A stretch of DNA of 63,464 bases, the filler included, from Reticulomyxa filosa (taxonomy: Eukaryota > Protista > Foraminifera): NCBI GenBank assembly GCA_000512085.1. It is 28 parts of 28 records of this genome, joined end to end, with 100 filler letters (N's around TTAATTAATTAA, not from the genome) between each part and the next. Parts side by side here need not be neighbours in the genome. Positions count along the whole stretch, not along the records: positions 52,372 to 53,525 come from ASPP01028761.1; positions 53,626 to 56,781 come from ASPP01003993.1; positions 56,882 to 58,075 come from ASPP01015606.1; positions 58,176 to 59,449 come from ASPP01050267.1; positions 59,550 to 62,285 come from ASPP01002323.1; positions 62,386 to 63,464 come from ASPP01039234.1; 22 more parts are not named here. One strand, written 5' to 3'. The number at the start of each line of letters is the position of its first letter. The first letter of the stretch is position 1. Both the position numbers and the translations under genes were made by a program. Under the pieces are notes generated by a model, which had not been told where the DNA came from, did no database searches, and saw only the letters and a program-made list of their open reading frames with translations. Positions 52,405 to 63,464 of this stretch are shown here, in pieces.

Positions 52405-53145
52405 ATGAAGAGCTGGTGACTGTAAACTACTTGGATTGCGTTCGCTTGCAAAGCGGACGAATCGGAGTCGTTCGATATGTGGGTCCGTTGGACGGCATGG
52501 AGGGGATGTAACCAAGGAGTACATCGGGTTGGAACTGGACCAATTCAACCCCCTGGCGACGTCGGGCATATTCAAAGGAAAGGATTATTTCACAGTCCAT
52601 CCCAAGTTGCAAATCGTTATCAACTTGGGGAGCTCCATTGCCATGGGCAAAGACTTGACGCCGCCCGATCCGTATAACGGCGAGTTGGCATAAGGCAAAA
52701 TAGTAAACACCAAATACTATGGAAAAGGGAGAATCATGTTCATTGGACTAACTGATTTCAGTGATGTTGAGATCATTAGATCGGAACTGGACCATTGGTG
52801 GCCTAATGGCGGCAATGGAGCTGTCCAAGAGAAAGAGTATTTCAAATTCAAGCCAGGACATGCATATTTCTTTTCGCACAAAGACATTGAACGTATCTTG
52901 AATGAGACCAGCGAAAATAGAGAGAAAGAAGAAAAAGAAGAAGACGAATTTCAAAACTATTTAAGCTTGCGACAAATGCCTGCCATGCGAAATCGTGTGC
53001 AAGTGTTTGATGGACAAACAGGTATTGTCGAGTTTATTGGTACTGTTGAACTTGACGAAGGGACATGGATCGACTTGATCTTGGATTAAATATCCCCCAA
53101 TGCGACCGATAGCATCATCAGCGAAAAGTTATACTTTCAAAACCT
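52405..53145 (+). pseudogene. Three tandem CAP-Gly domains, disrupted
   Basis: GVVRYVG..YIGLELD..G.FKGKDYF; GRIMFIG..ELD..NGGNGAV....YF; GIVEFIG..GTWI.L.LD*. One frameshift and in-frame TAA stops. Confidence 0.75.
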
Positions 53146-53747
53146 TTGTCTATCATTTTATTGAATCAAACTGATCATGCCTCACATTTGTTGCTATCAT
53201 CGTCTTGACGACAAACACCTTCACCAAAGTTGTTGCCATCAAGTTTGGTTTTATAGTTGGTTTTTTTTTTTGTTATTGTTTATAAAAAAAAAAGATTTGA
53301 AATCAAAAATCATATTTGTATACATATATGCATATAAAAAGGGATAGAAGAAATTGGACTTAAACAAGATCTTGCAGATGAACTGCTATTGCGTGAAAAA
53401 GCAAAGCTACTAGCATCAATGACAGTGGTCCCAGGGGTATTTGATCTGTATTCGATGCATTTTCAATTCCTCACTCATGAATTGCACCCAACAGAAAAAG
53501 TGATTGGCAAGTGTAATACGATTGCNNNNNNNNNNNNNNNNNNNNNNNNNNNNNNNNNNNNNNNNNNNNTTAATTAATTAANNNNNNNNNNNNNNNNNNN
53601 NNNNNNNNNNNNNNNNNNNNNNNNNTTTTTTTTTTTTTTTTTTTTTTTTTGAAATTTGAATTTAAAAAAATACGAGTTAAATGTGCAAGAGATTTTAGTA
53701 GCGAAAGGAACGTATAAAAAAGGAAAAAAAAAATTAAATGAAATTAC

Positions 53748-54599
53748 CACAAAGTCCTTTCTTTGATGCTCAAAAAATTGGAAAACAGCACGGTGCATAT
53801 GATATCCTGCACTGATGCAATAAAGGGCAGTAGTGCGCCATGTTTCCTGTTGTGGGAACTGGATCCACAACAGTTTGGTGTCCCAAAACGAAGGCTGACA
53901 CCACATCACATAGCATCCAAACAGACCATTGAATGCCACAGTCAATCCTTTCCACACTTCTTCCAAATACTTTTGAATCAGTTCTTTTTTTTGGGCCTCT
54001 GTCCAATAATATATCCAATACTCTTCCATTTGTTCCTCATTCCATCCAGTTTGTTCACACCATTCTTTCATTGAAATTGCTTTCGTTTGACTTTTATTTT
54101 TTTTTTTATCTTCTTTTTCATGTTTGTCAACAAAGTTTTGAAGCTCTTTTGAATGCTTCGCACTTTCGTCACTCTTTTCATCTTTTTCCAATTTTTCTTC
54201 CTTTTTTTTTTCTTTTTCTTTTTCCAGATTCTTCAATTCTTTCCCGCTTCTCTTTTTCCATTCGCCATTCAATTTTTCCAATTTTGCTTTATCACGTGAG
54301 GGGTCTATAAAACTCGGCATCAGGTTTTCACCATATTCAGCTGCCGCCAATCGTTTGGCTGTTCCCAGCAATTTGCTTTGAAGTGCGTAGCGCCACAATG
54401 AACACACTACTGACTTTTCATTTTTTTTTGTTTTGGTTCACACTTTTGGCAAGATTATAGACTATCAATAAAAACATACCCAAAAAGTAATCATCGCTGA
54501 CAACTCCCACTGAGAACGAGTTGACTGAATATTTCTCACTGTTGGAAGACAAGCCTCCGTATTTGACAAACTGGTCACAAAATCTGACCAGCGTTCCAT
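53748..54599 (-). CDS. Ceramide synthase (Lag1/CerS, TLC domain), 5' part
   Basis: KYLEEVWK..G.YVM..QP.FWDT..LW..FPQQ..Y.I..GYH.H...F..EHQRKDFV (start of the Lag1 motif). The N-terminal TM is restored by adding one T at ~54483. Confidence 0.8.
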
Positions 54600-56247
54600 T
54601 GCTTTATATTTATGTAAATTAACACAAAATTTCACAAAAAGAAAAGCTCTAAATTTGGGTAAACTTATAGATTTGTTTACTACCTTTTTTGGGAAAAAAT
54701 GACACAATAAAATATATTATATCATTACATGATCAATGGATATCAAGCAATACATACAAAAGTGAATTTATGAAACGTTGTAGAGTTTTAACCACAAGTG
54801 CACACTACTTTCTACAAGTGGATGAGAGAGCAGTTATTTTATTTTTGTTCTTTCTCTTTCGAAATGTAGTCTAGCTAGAAAAAACAAAGAAGCTAAAATA
54901 GAAAAATGATTACAATATTGCCAGAAAAACGCCGGCAACTTTAGAATCAATTATGACTCTACTGATGGTTTATACTAAGTACTTTACAACACACTATCAA
55001 ACAAGACAACTTACTTGGAATATACTAGTGTTTTCATAAAGTTAAGTCTGATATTTTTTCATGTGCATGAATGTAGTTAGCTGATAACAGAAAATATTTG
55101 TGGAGACTTATACAAAAGAAAAGCTAAAGAGCAAGTATGATAAATTTTTTATCAGATGGAAATACAATTGTATTAACTTCCAATATTGGCACACTATGGA
55201 TTAGTATGAAAAATCACATTGTTTTTAGTTTTTTTGAAAAAATCCGATTATTATTCGTTTAAGTTTTAGTTTTGTTTTTATGCAAAAATCAATCTCTATA
55301 AGAGGTGCCGTTTTATGTGTCAACTTTCTTTTGCATTCTACTGTGGAAAAAGTTTATCAATTGCACACATTGACATTGTATTTGTAGAAATATTAAATTG
55401 ATATTTCTTCTACTAAGTGCAATTGTGAACAAATTGGATAAGGACGTTTACAAATTATGCTTTGAACTAAAAATAATGCGAATATGATGAAAACTCGACC
55501 GAAATTTATTTATCAAATGTCATTTAAATATGCTGATCATGAAAAAACGTATCATGTTGCAATAAAAATCAATCAAAGAGACAATGCTAATTTATTAAAT
55601 ACTGCAAAAATTTTTTTCTAAATTCACATTAATTGTATCACTATTTCATTGATGTGAAATAGACATTGGACAATAAACGCAACAAAATGCAGTTTTTTTT
55701 CTAAAAAATATTGCAGAAAAATCTGTCAGTAATAGCTTTTTTTTGTTTTTTGGCTTCCATATCCTACTTCAAGCAGGGACAATTATCTAAATTCGCCTTT
55801 TTGTGATCGTAGTTTTAAAATCTCTGATTTGGGATCCACTTTTACCTCAGTGCAATCGAGAAAAAAATTATACATCAATCGACTAGGACTACATTTAGCT
55901 TAGTGTATTAAATATGATCCGCACGTACTCCGTCGCAATACTTTTGGAAATTTCTGATTCTGATGGATCGTCAATATCCGCAATTTCTTCATCTTTCTAA
56001 AAATAACACTATTGTAGGGTGTCATGTACAGTGTCTTGTTTGTGCCCAAGTTCTGACATAATTCTTTGATTGAATTTAATTGTGTTGACATTGTAACAAA
56101 ATGATGAGGATTTTGGTGTATGCAATGCACTAACCACTGTTCAAACACGGATAATAAGGAAAGTGTAAAAAAGAATGCTTAAAAGACGTTAGTAAACATT
56201 TTTTTTCGTTCAGTACCTTTTTTGAACACGCAGCACTGGATACAACA

Positions 56248-56739
56248 ATGACCACGAACATGGAGTCTTTGTCAACCTCAGCGTCTGAGTTGGATTACCT
56301 GCCAATGGATCGATTATCTATGAATGAGTTTGTGGAAGTTGTGCTGTCTCATCTTGAGAGCACACCTCCATGGAACACGGAAGACTTAGTATTCTTTCAA
56401 TACTATGCAAGGCCACATATTGGTTTGGTTAAGTGCGAAAAGTAAATCAAGCAATAGCAAACATGTACCTCCTTTCTTTGTTCAGAAAGTGGTGTGGTAT
56501 GTTTGCAATTTGGACAAAAACAGAAGATTCAAGAGTATGAGCTTAACCAAAAGCAATACTTTCAAGTAATCGAAATGAGTTATGAATCTCCCATATACAG
56601 TATCAACTTGGAGACATTGAAAAATGGTTCTGGCAAGATATTTTTTTGGAAGCGCAGAGACGCCAAAGCACTTGCGACAGAACTGGAGCAGTTTGCAAAA
56701 GCCACCAATATCAACCGATTAAATCAAGTTTATATCTAG
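56248..56739 (+). CDS. Small two-exon hypothetical protein
   Basis: ATG at 56248, GT-AG intron ending ttcag at ~56486, stop at 56739; no domain recognised. Confidence 0.4.
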
Positions 56740-57360
56740 CCAAAGCCATACAAATATAGCACAAAAAAAAAAAAAAAAAAANNNNNNNNNNNNNNNNNNN
56801 NNNNNNNNNNNNNNNNNNNNNNNNNTTAATTAATTAANNNNNNNNNNNNNNNNNNNNNNNNNNNNNNNNNNNNNNNNNNNNTCTTTTTTTCTATTTTATG
56901 GCATTCGCAAACGGATTGAGTCTTTACTTGCTTTTTTTTTGTTGACTTATTGTCTTTTGTAGTTTTGTGTGTTTTTTATTTGTCAATACGGTTATGATAC
57001 ATGGTGTGATTGTTGTAGGTGTTGTTGTATCAAGCTTTTTTCTTTCGTTTGAGTTTGATTATAGCCAAAAAAAACAAATTCACTAGTTGAAGATGTGTTT
57101 TCCTTGTAGTTGTTTGTTTGCTTGTATTTTCAGATTCTAATTATTTTGCGAATGTTTATGCAATGATTATTGCTTGTAAAAGAATTCAATTAGCCAACAA
57201 ATAATTAATAAAGAGCAAGTTTATTCTAAAATTTTATGAAAAGGTTGGAACTTTCTTTTTTTAATGCTTTGCGACAAGAAAAGAATGCCAAGGAAGAAAA
57301 GGGGGAAGGGGAAGACGAGGAGAGAAGAACGTGCAAAATCCAAATATTTGTTGAAACACA

Positions 57361-58056
57361 ATGTCAGACAAACCCTCAGATGTGGACTTGGCCTTAAAAG
57401 AGCCCTTAGGACTCTCATCTTTAGTGCCATATTTGAGTTGGGATTGTCCTTTAGATGACAACAGTGAGTTGTCGTTGGTCTCACGAGTGGTGTCACAATA
57501 TATGGGTTTCGGGTACACATTGGAAATGAAGTTGTGCAATATGGAGTTGAAAACGAATGACGGAATGAAGATGACGAATAATGGGATGACAGGGTGCATA
57601 GTGAGCAATGGAATGTTGCACACGTTATACGGAGTGACCCCACAAATGTCCGTATTTTTGGAATGTGGAAATATTTACAGTCGTTATAATAACAACGGCA
57701 ACATTGTGACAACAGTAGACCCGAGTACGAGTACGAGTACGAATATAAGTACAAGTGCGAATGTGGATATGACCACAGACGTAGACATGGAAATGGACAA
57801 AGACAAGGCCAAGAATGTGTACCAATTTACGGAAAAGAATATGAAAGTGCTGTCGATATCGAGGCCGGAACAAATTGGCGGGCTGCTTGCAAAGAAGGAC
57901 AAAAAGCCCATGTTTGTGATTGCCAATGGCGAGAGACTATTCGCATACTCGCATGAGACCAACCAATTGAAGCACGTCCAAAACATACCCAAAGCGCCAA
58001 TCATCGATTTGTGGACGTGGTCTAACTTTGTGTTTTTTGTGCGAACTCCCGACGAG
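57361..58056 (+). CDS. Hypothetical protein, first exon
   Basis: About 230 open codons ending at a gag|gtt donor; no domain recognised. Confidence 0.45.
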
Positions 58057-58539
58057 GTTATTTTTTTTTTTTTTTNNNNNNNNNNNNNNNNNNNNNNNNN
58101 NNNNNNNNNNNNNNNNNNNTTAATTAATTAANNNNNNNNNNNNNNNNNNNNNNNNNNNNNNNNNNNNNNNNNNNNAAGGTAATAATAAGAAAAAAAAATT
58201 GAAGAATAAATAAAAAAAAGGATAAAAAAGAAAAAAGAAAAAGGAAAAAAAATATTGAAAAAGAAAAGAAAAAGGAAAAAGAAAAAAAGAATAAAGAAAA
58301 AAGTGGATGGAAAAAAAAAGGTGATATTTTTTATAAGGAAAAAATGAAAAAGAAAATAATAAAGAAAGAAAAAGAAAGAGATTATAAAGGAAAAAAATTT
58401 ATATTTGAAATTTTAATTTTTTTTTTTTTATTTTAATTTGAAAAATTAATGATCCCGAGCGGGATTGCGACATTGGATAGGTAATTTTTTTTCTTTGTGT
58501 TTGTTTAAAAAAATATATAACATGTTGATGTCGTGGTTG

Positions 58540-59365
58540 AGTGTTATAGAATTATGCAGAAGATGGTCACAATATGGAGAACAACAACGACCACTAATAC
58601 GAGAACGGTGAAAAAAAAGACAAAATGGATAATCTTGAATGCATTAACGAAGAACTTGGGTACAGCAATACATTATTCAAATTTGAGATCTATCTTTTAT
58701 TTATACAGTTCGATGGAGAATATATGAAGTGGACGTGCAAAAAGTGAATAACGCAATGGACAAAATGGACAAAATGGACACAACCAATAATCCGATTATT
58801 TTATTATGTATGTTCAATCTAGCTGCTTCAGTGCTCCCACTTTATTGTCAACGTCAACATCTGGAGTATATGGAAAAAGAAAAAGAAAGAGCAGGAATGT
58901 ACAAGTAGCATTCGTGACATATGAATTATGTTAAGAAATAAAGCAGCTAACAATGAACCTTGCAAGCAGTACGAACTCTTCAAGAAACTCAAAGAGACAA
59001 CATGAATGAAAAGGATCAACACAACGCATCCCCGAAAGGTGTTGACTCGTTTCACCAAGGCTACTATTTGATCAGATGATAGAATTGCATTATCCCAACT
59101 TACAACAAATGCTTGTTCATCCGGATATCAATTAGTTTATGATTAACTCAAAAAATTTCAACAAGATTTAGCATATCAAGAACAATTGAATATCAAGACG
59201 AATATACTAGTAGAAGATATAAAAATAGTTTTGAAACTATGGTATTGAGAGTGAGTGAAACACAAATGGATAGTATTATTGCATGGATTCTATAACCGAA
59301 ATGAATATGTCCGTCAAGAGTGTGTCATATTAATGAAAAAAATATGCGTAACATGAACGAGAGGT
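58540..59365 (+). pseudogene. HEAT/PBS-lyase-like repeat pseudogene remnant
   Basis: Fragments such as SETQMDSII and YNRNEYVRQECVILMKKI in shifting frames with many stops. Confidence 0.4.
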
Positions 59366-59825
59366 AAGCGAAAAATTGTTTGTTTGTATTATGTAAAATT
59401 TCTTAAAAAAATTTTAATGATATTGAGCCAAGGATAATTGAGTGTTGCGNNNNNNNNNNNNNNNNNNNNNNNNNNNNNNNNNNNNNNNNNNNNTTAATTA
59501 ATTAANNNNNNNNNNNNNNNNNNNNNNNNNNNNNNNNNNNNNNNNNNNNTTTTTAAATGCCTCCATGTAACTAAACCTCTTTTTTTTTTTTAAGATGGAT
59601 CATTCATTCGAAAATGTTTTATTCGCAATGCACTTTGTTCGGCATACAGATGTCCATTTCCTACTTTCTGGAGTCTCTGTTCCATGTGTTGTGAAATTTA
59701 TAATTTTTTTTAAGTTATATTTTCATATCTGCATGACAATATCAACAACCAAGATGAAAAAGAAATTAGCTGAAAAAAAAAAACTTTGCCACTAAAAAAA
59801 AAAATCCTAAAAAAAAAACAATAAT

Positions 59826-62285
59826 ATGACAAAGTGCTTGACTCCTTTTGAAAGCTTGAGTGTCTTGCCACATGCGCTGGATCACATTCAAAGTGTGTCC
59901 TGGAAAGACGAAGTGTTAATCTGCGGCGGTGCGAATTGGAACAGCTGTTATACGTACAACGTGCGAGTGAGCGAGTACAAGTATATAAATTCGTATTCGA
60001 AGGATATAAGTATGTTTGGCCACAGTGTGGTGAAATTGGAGAATGGCAGTGACGACAATAGCAACGAGTTGACATTGTTATCGTTTGGCGGACAAGGAAC
60101 GAATCAAAGGAAGCATACGTTAGTGATGAAGTACAAAAGTTTGTGGGAGAACGGGGGCCGAGGCGTAGTTCCGGCTCCAGAACACAACAAATGGAAGTTA
60201 TGGATACGTAATGGAAGAACAGTGACCATAGGAAGGGATCATGACGATTTGCGAGGAGTGAGAGGAGTAGTTGGAGGAAAGAATAAAGAGTTATTGTTTT
60301 TGGTTTTTTATCCCAATCGAATGGATGTGTTTGATTTAAACTTGGGTCAATACCTTACTCACGTGAAAAATAATCAGCTGCCATTGCAACCACAAACATA
60401 TGGAACGTATTACCATTGTTTGATATCCAAGTCAGTCACAAATACAAAAACAAATACAAATACAAATACAAATACAAATACAAATGCAAATGCAAATGTA
60501 AGCCAAAGTATGGAATGGACCAAGTCATCTATGCAAGAACTACTTTTATTTTGCGAGGATACTGGCTTGCTTATTCAATTTGACTTGAGTTGCAACACTT
60601 TTTTTTATAAAGCTATCCCAGTGTCCAACGACCTCAAAGCACTCAACTTTTACGCATACGTATATGTAGACCCTTATGCCGTGCTGTTCTTTGGTGGGTT
60701 CGATCGCATGACGTCGGCCTTCTCCAACGCCGTGCACAAGTACTCGATCTCGGAAAACACGTGGGTCAAGTTCAATCCCTTCCTCCCCACTCCCTCGTGC
60801 TCTGCCGTCGCGCTCCTCTCCCCCGACCGCACCTTCGTGCACGTTCTCGGAGGCTTCGACGGACGCTCGGAACTCACGCTCCACTTCAAAACCAGCGTCA
60901 AGGAATGGGTCAAAGAGGCCGTCCTTCAAACGCCCATCACCAAATCAAATTCACACACGGAACAAGACCAAGAAAAAAAGGCCAAGCTGAATGATGTTTT
61001 GTAATTGGATTTATATAATACATATTATATATATATATATATATAATATATAATATGTATTATATATATAACTCATTCCAAATAAAAAAAAAAAGAATGG
61101 CTAGAAATGTGGGATAACACAAGTGATCGAGACAAAAGCGAAATTGTGGACAAGTTCAAATCATTGTCAAATAAAGATTTCGGAAAGTGGTTCCAAACTC
61201 AAAGCAAATGGAAATTTGCCGCGGATGATAGAGACATACCAATTATTCGCTTCATCACCATATCTTACATTTCTATTTTTGATAATGTTTGTGTTTATAT
61301 GTATATATGTATATATATATACATATACATATATACATATAATTATATACATATAATTATATACATATATATATATGTATATGTATATGACATGACTTAT
61401 GATTGAAAGCAAGCAAATAACAGTTCCTCCAAATTGCAAGTGGATGGTAATGAGAAGGCAAAAGTGGTGAGCAATCCATTGGTGATAATGATCGCAATAA
61501 GCGACTATGACGAAAAGGAGGGACACAAGAGCCTGAAGAACGTGAAAGAGAGCGACGTGAAGCACTTTAAGGGACTGTTCAAAGACGAGTTGAAGTACGA
61601 CTTTGTGTGCAACTCGAACATGTATTTGACTGAGGCGAAGCTGCGCGACTATTGGGAGGAGGCGATCAAAGACAACGAATTGCGAAGGAACGTGCGCAAG
61701 TACGACGGAGTGATTGTGATCATTTGCGGCCACGGCACCGACAAAGACGAGTTGGTCACGAGCGACGGGAAGTACTTTCCAATCAGCGACTTGAAAGACG
61801 ATTTGGATTGCAGTCGAATGGAGTCGTTGAAGGACTGTCCAAAGATCTTCGTTGTGGACATTTGTCGTGGCGCGACTATGCCAAAGGCATGTCCGACGCC
61901 CATGGCCGCCGTGAAGACGAGAGGGACCGCGCAGTCCGTATGTTACAGACATAATCGCGAAGGGTTTTTCAGCATTTGGTCGACGGTTCAAGGATACTCG
62001 GTGGCCGATGGAGGGCTGCTTGGCGAGAACATACGAGACGTGTTTGTGAAAATGTATCCGTCGGGGTCCACCCTCAGCCAAATGGTCTGGGCCGTTAAAA
62101 AGAAAATACAGGCACAGTTGCAAAGTGAGTGGTACTGTGTGGAGATACAATCTACCGTTGATTACGAAATTGTGTTTGCCAATCATAACAACAACAACAA
62201 TAACAACAACAAGCCAATAACAACAACAACAACAACAACTTGGATTGCTTATGTAGCAATGGGTACATCACAACAACAACAACAA
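59826..62285 (+). CDS. Kelch-repeat beta-propeller + caspase-like (peptidase C14) protease, probably one spliced gene
   Basis: Kelch GG motifs (LICGG..CY.Y, LSFGG, VVGG, LFFGG..Y....NTW, VLGG). Linker exon ~61100-61286. Protease NPLVIMIAISDY..LKNV..D...F..LF, ICGHG (His at 61731) and PKIFVVDICRG (Cys at 61863). Confidence 0.8.
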
Positions 62286-62388
62286 NNNNNNNNNNNNNNN
62301 NNNNNNNNNNNNNNNNNNNNNNNNNNNNNTTAATTAATTAANNNNNNNNNNNNNNNNNNNNNNNNNNNNNNNNNNNNNNNNNNNNGAG

Positions 62389-63464
62389 TTGCTGTCGGCC
62401 CAGAATCAGTCTTCTTTGAAAAAGCCCGACGTGGCGGGACAATATTCAAAGGTCACCGTCGAGTCCGAGTCTGTTGCGAGTGACCCAAACAACAATGTAC
62501 CTCTGGACTCGCAAGACGAGTCAGAACAGAACGCAAATGATAAGGCCGACGAAGAGGAAGAGTCGGATGAAGAGATTGAACCCACTATTGCTCAAAGACC
62601 TTCGCAATTGCATGCGCATCGGCAGAGTAAATCTATTCTCGGAGGAATCGCTGATGCATCTACTGATGAAAAAGAACATAAAGCCGATGCATTGCCATAT
62701 CAAGTTATATATACATATATACATATATATATATATTAGTGTATGCTTTTAATATTTCTTTAAAAAAAACAACTCTCCCTGGCCTCCCCTCCCCTCCCCC
62801 CCTCTCCACTCCTTGAAAAGATGTAGAGTTTTGGTTGTGTGACTTTAGGACCCCAAATGGCTTGAGAAAATGGCACAAAAAGACTCGCAAATACGAGAGA
62901 GCATGAAAGGACCCAAGTTGGTGTTGTCCCCGCTTTCGTCGCAGCATGCCGAGAAGAACAAAGACCGCGAGAACGCAAAAGAGCCGATAGCAGGAACTAC
63001 AGCAACAAACGCAGATGCAGATGCAGATGCAGATGCAGATGCAGATGCAGATATAGACATGGATGTGGATATTGACATTGACGCAATGGAAATCCCGGAA
63101 ATGGATGTAAACGAGTTGAAACGAACGACGGGCATGTTGGATAAGGCATATCCGGAAGTTTTCAGCAAGCCAGTGCAAACGCAAAAAGTCCAACCTGACA
63201 ATCACGCTACCCGGTTCAAACCGAGCAACAGACCAGCGACACAAAACACATCTCTTCCTTCCAGCTCGTCTGTCGAAGTCCAATTGCAACGAAAACAATC
63301 GCAACCACAATCACAATCACAATCACAATCGCAATCACAATCGCAATCACAATCACAATCACAATCACAATCGCAATCACAATCACAATCACAGCCACAA
63401 CCTTTAGTCAAACAGACGTCCAAGCCCTCAGTAGCTTCTCCTCGACGACAACCCAATGCGCAAA
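62389..63464 (+). CDS. Low-complexity acidic/Ser-Gln-rich protein, internal exons
   Basis: Exon to ~62703, intron, then a frame open from ~62849 to the window end. Confidence 0.5.
63011..63400 (+). repeat. Coding hexamer microsatellites: (GCAGAT)7 at 63011-63052 and (CAATCA/G)n at 63296-63400
   Basis: Directly visible; they encode AD and QS dipeptide runs. Confidence 0.9.

Noticed and set aside
23923-53089. TAA reassignment (ciliate-like genetic code) suggested by in-frame TAA in the SP-RING, CAP-Gly and ORF1 relics
   Set aside because: Conserved genes end in TAA at the expected positions (AP-1 mu, WS/DGAT-like, methyltransferase), and the same relics also carry frameshifts or ligand substitutions.
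61167-62186. 339-aa minus-strand ORF
   Set aside because: Antisense to the caspase-like exon; no motifs.
1446-62385. Regularly recurring TTAATTAATTAA palindrome as a CRISPR-like or biological repeat
   Set aside because: Always centred in exactly 44+44 Ns; a synthetic six-frame-stop contig linker.
63202-63456. CDCDCD / ICICIC metal-binding-like ORFs
   Set aside because: Antisense readings of hexamer microsatellites; the YIYIY-type ORFs elsewhere are likewise intronic (TA)n.
1-63464. Gene neighbourhood or operon-like system across the window
   Set aside because: The contigs are unlinked; adjacency across spacers is arbitrary.
1-63464. rRNA, tRNA, CRISPR arrays, telomeric repeats
   Set aside because: None recognised by eye; tRNAscan-SE/Infernal would be needed to exclude small RNAs.

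Overview
This window is not one locus. It is 28 short draft contigs joined by 27 identical 100-nt artificial spacers (N44-TTAATTAATTAA-N44), so neighbours across a spacer carry no biological meaning. Twenty-seven contigs are AT-rich eukaryotic DNA with short GT-AG introns full of poly(A)/poly(T) and (TA)/(TACA) microsatellites. Their gene families (WD40 with an 'I..HW.R...GWINDF' leader, Kelch, HEAT, Gly-rich 'HFGSGGG', caspase-like, 7TM-RGS) match what I recall of the foraminiferan Reticulomyxa filosa (Rhizaria); this is an inference, not a search result. One contig (12597-13944) is GC-rich bacterial acrB-family DNA. Recognisable genes: AP-1 mu fragment, 7TM-RGS, Nudix hydrolase, XK-related protein, RPEL-repeat protein, WD40, WS/DGAT-like, CLEC16A-like, SAM-domain protein, class I methyltransferase, UBX-family N-terminus and ceramide synthase. 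There are also many pseudogenes, three non-LTR retrotransposon relics and a MITE-like hairpin. The most interesting signals are unusual domain fusions: Kelch + caspase-like protease with an intact His/Cys dyad; WW + PUB + histidine phosphatase; MLLE + MYND + SP-RING; a ceramide synthase with a homeodomain-like relic; and a WS/DGAT with a degenerate active site. All domain calls are by-eye motif recognition and need HMM and cDNA confirmation.
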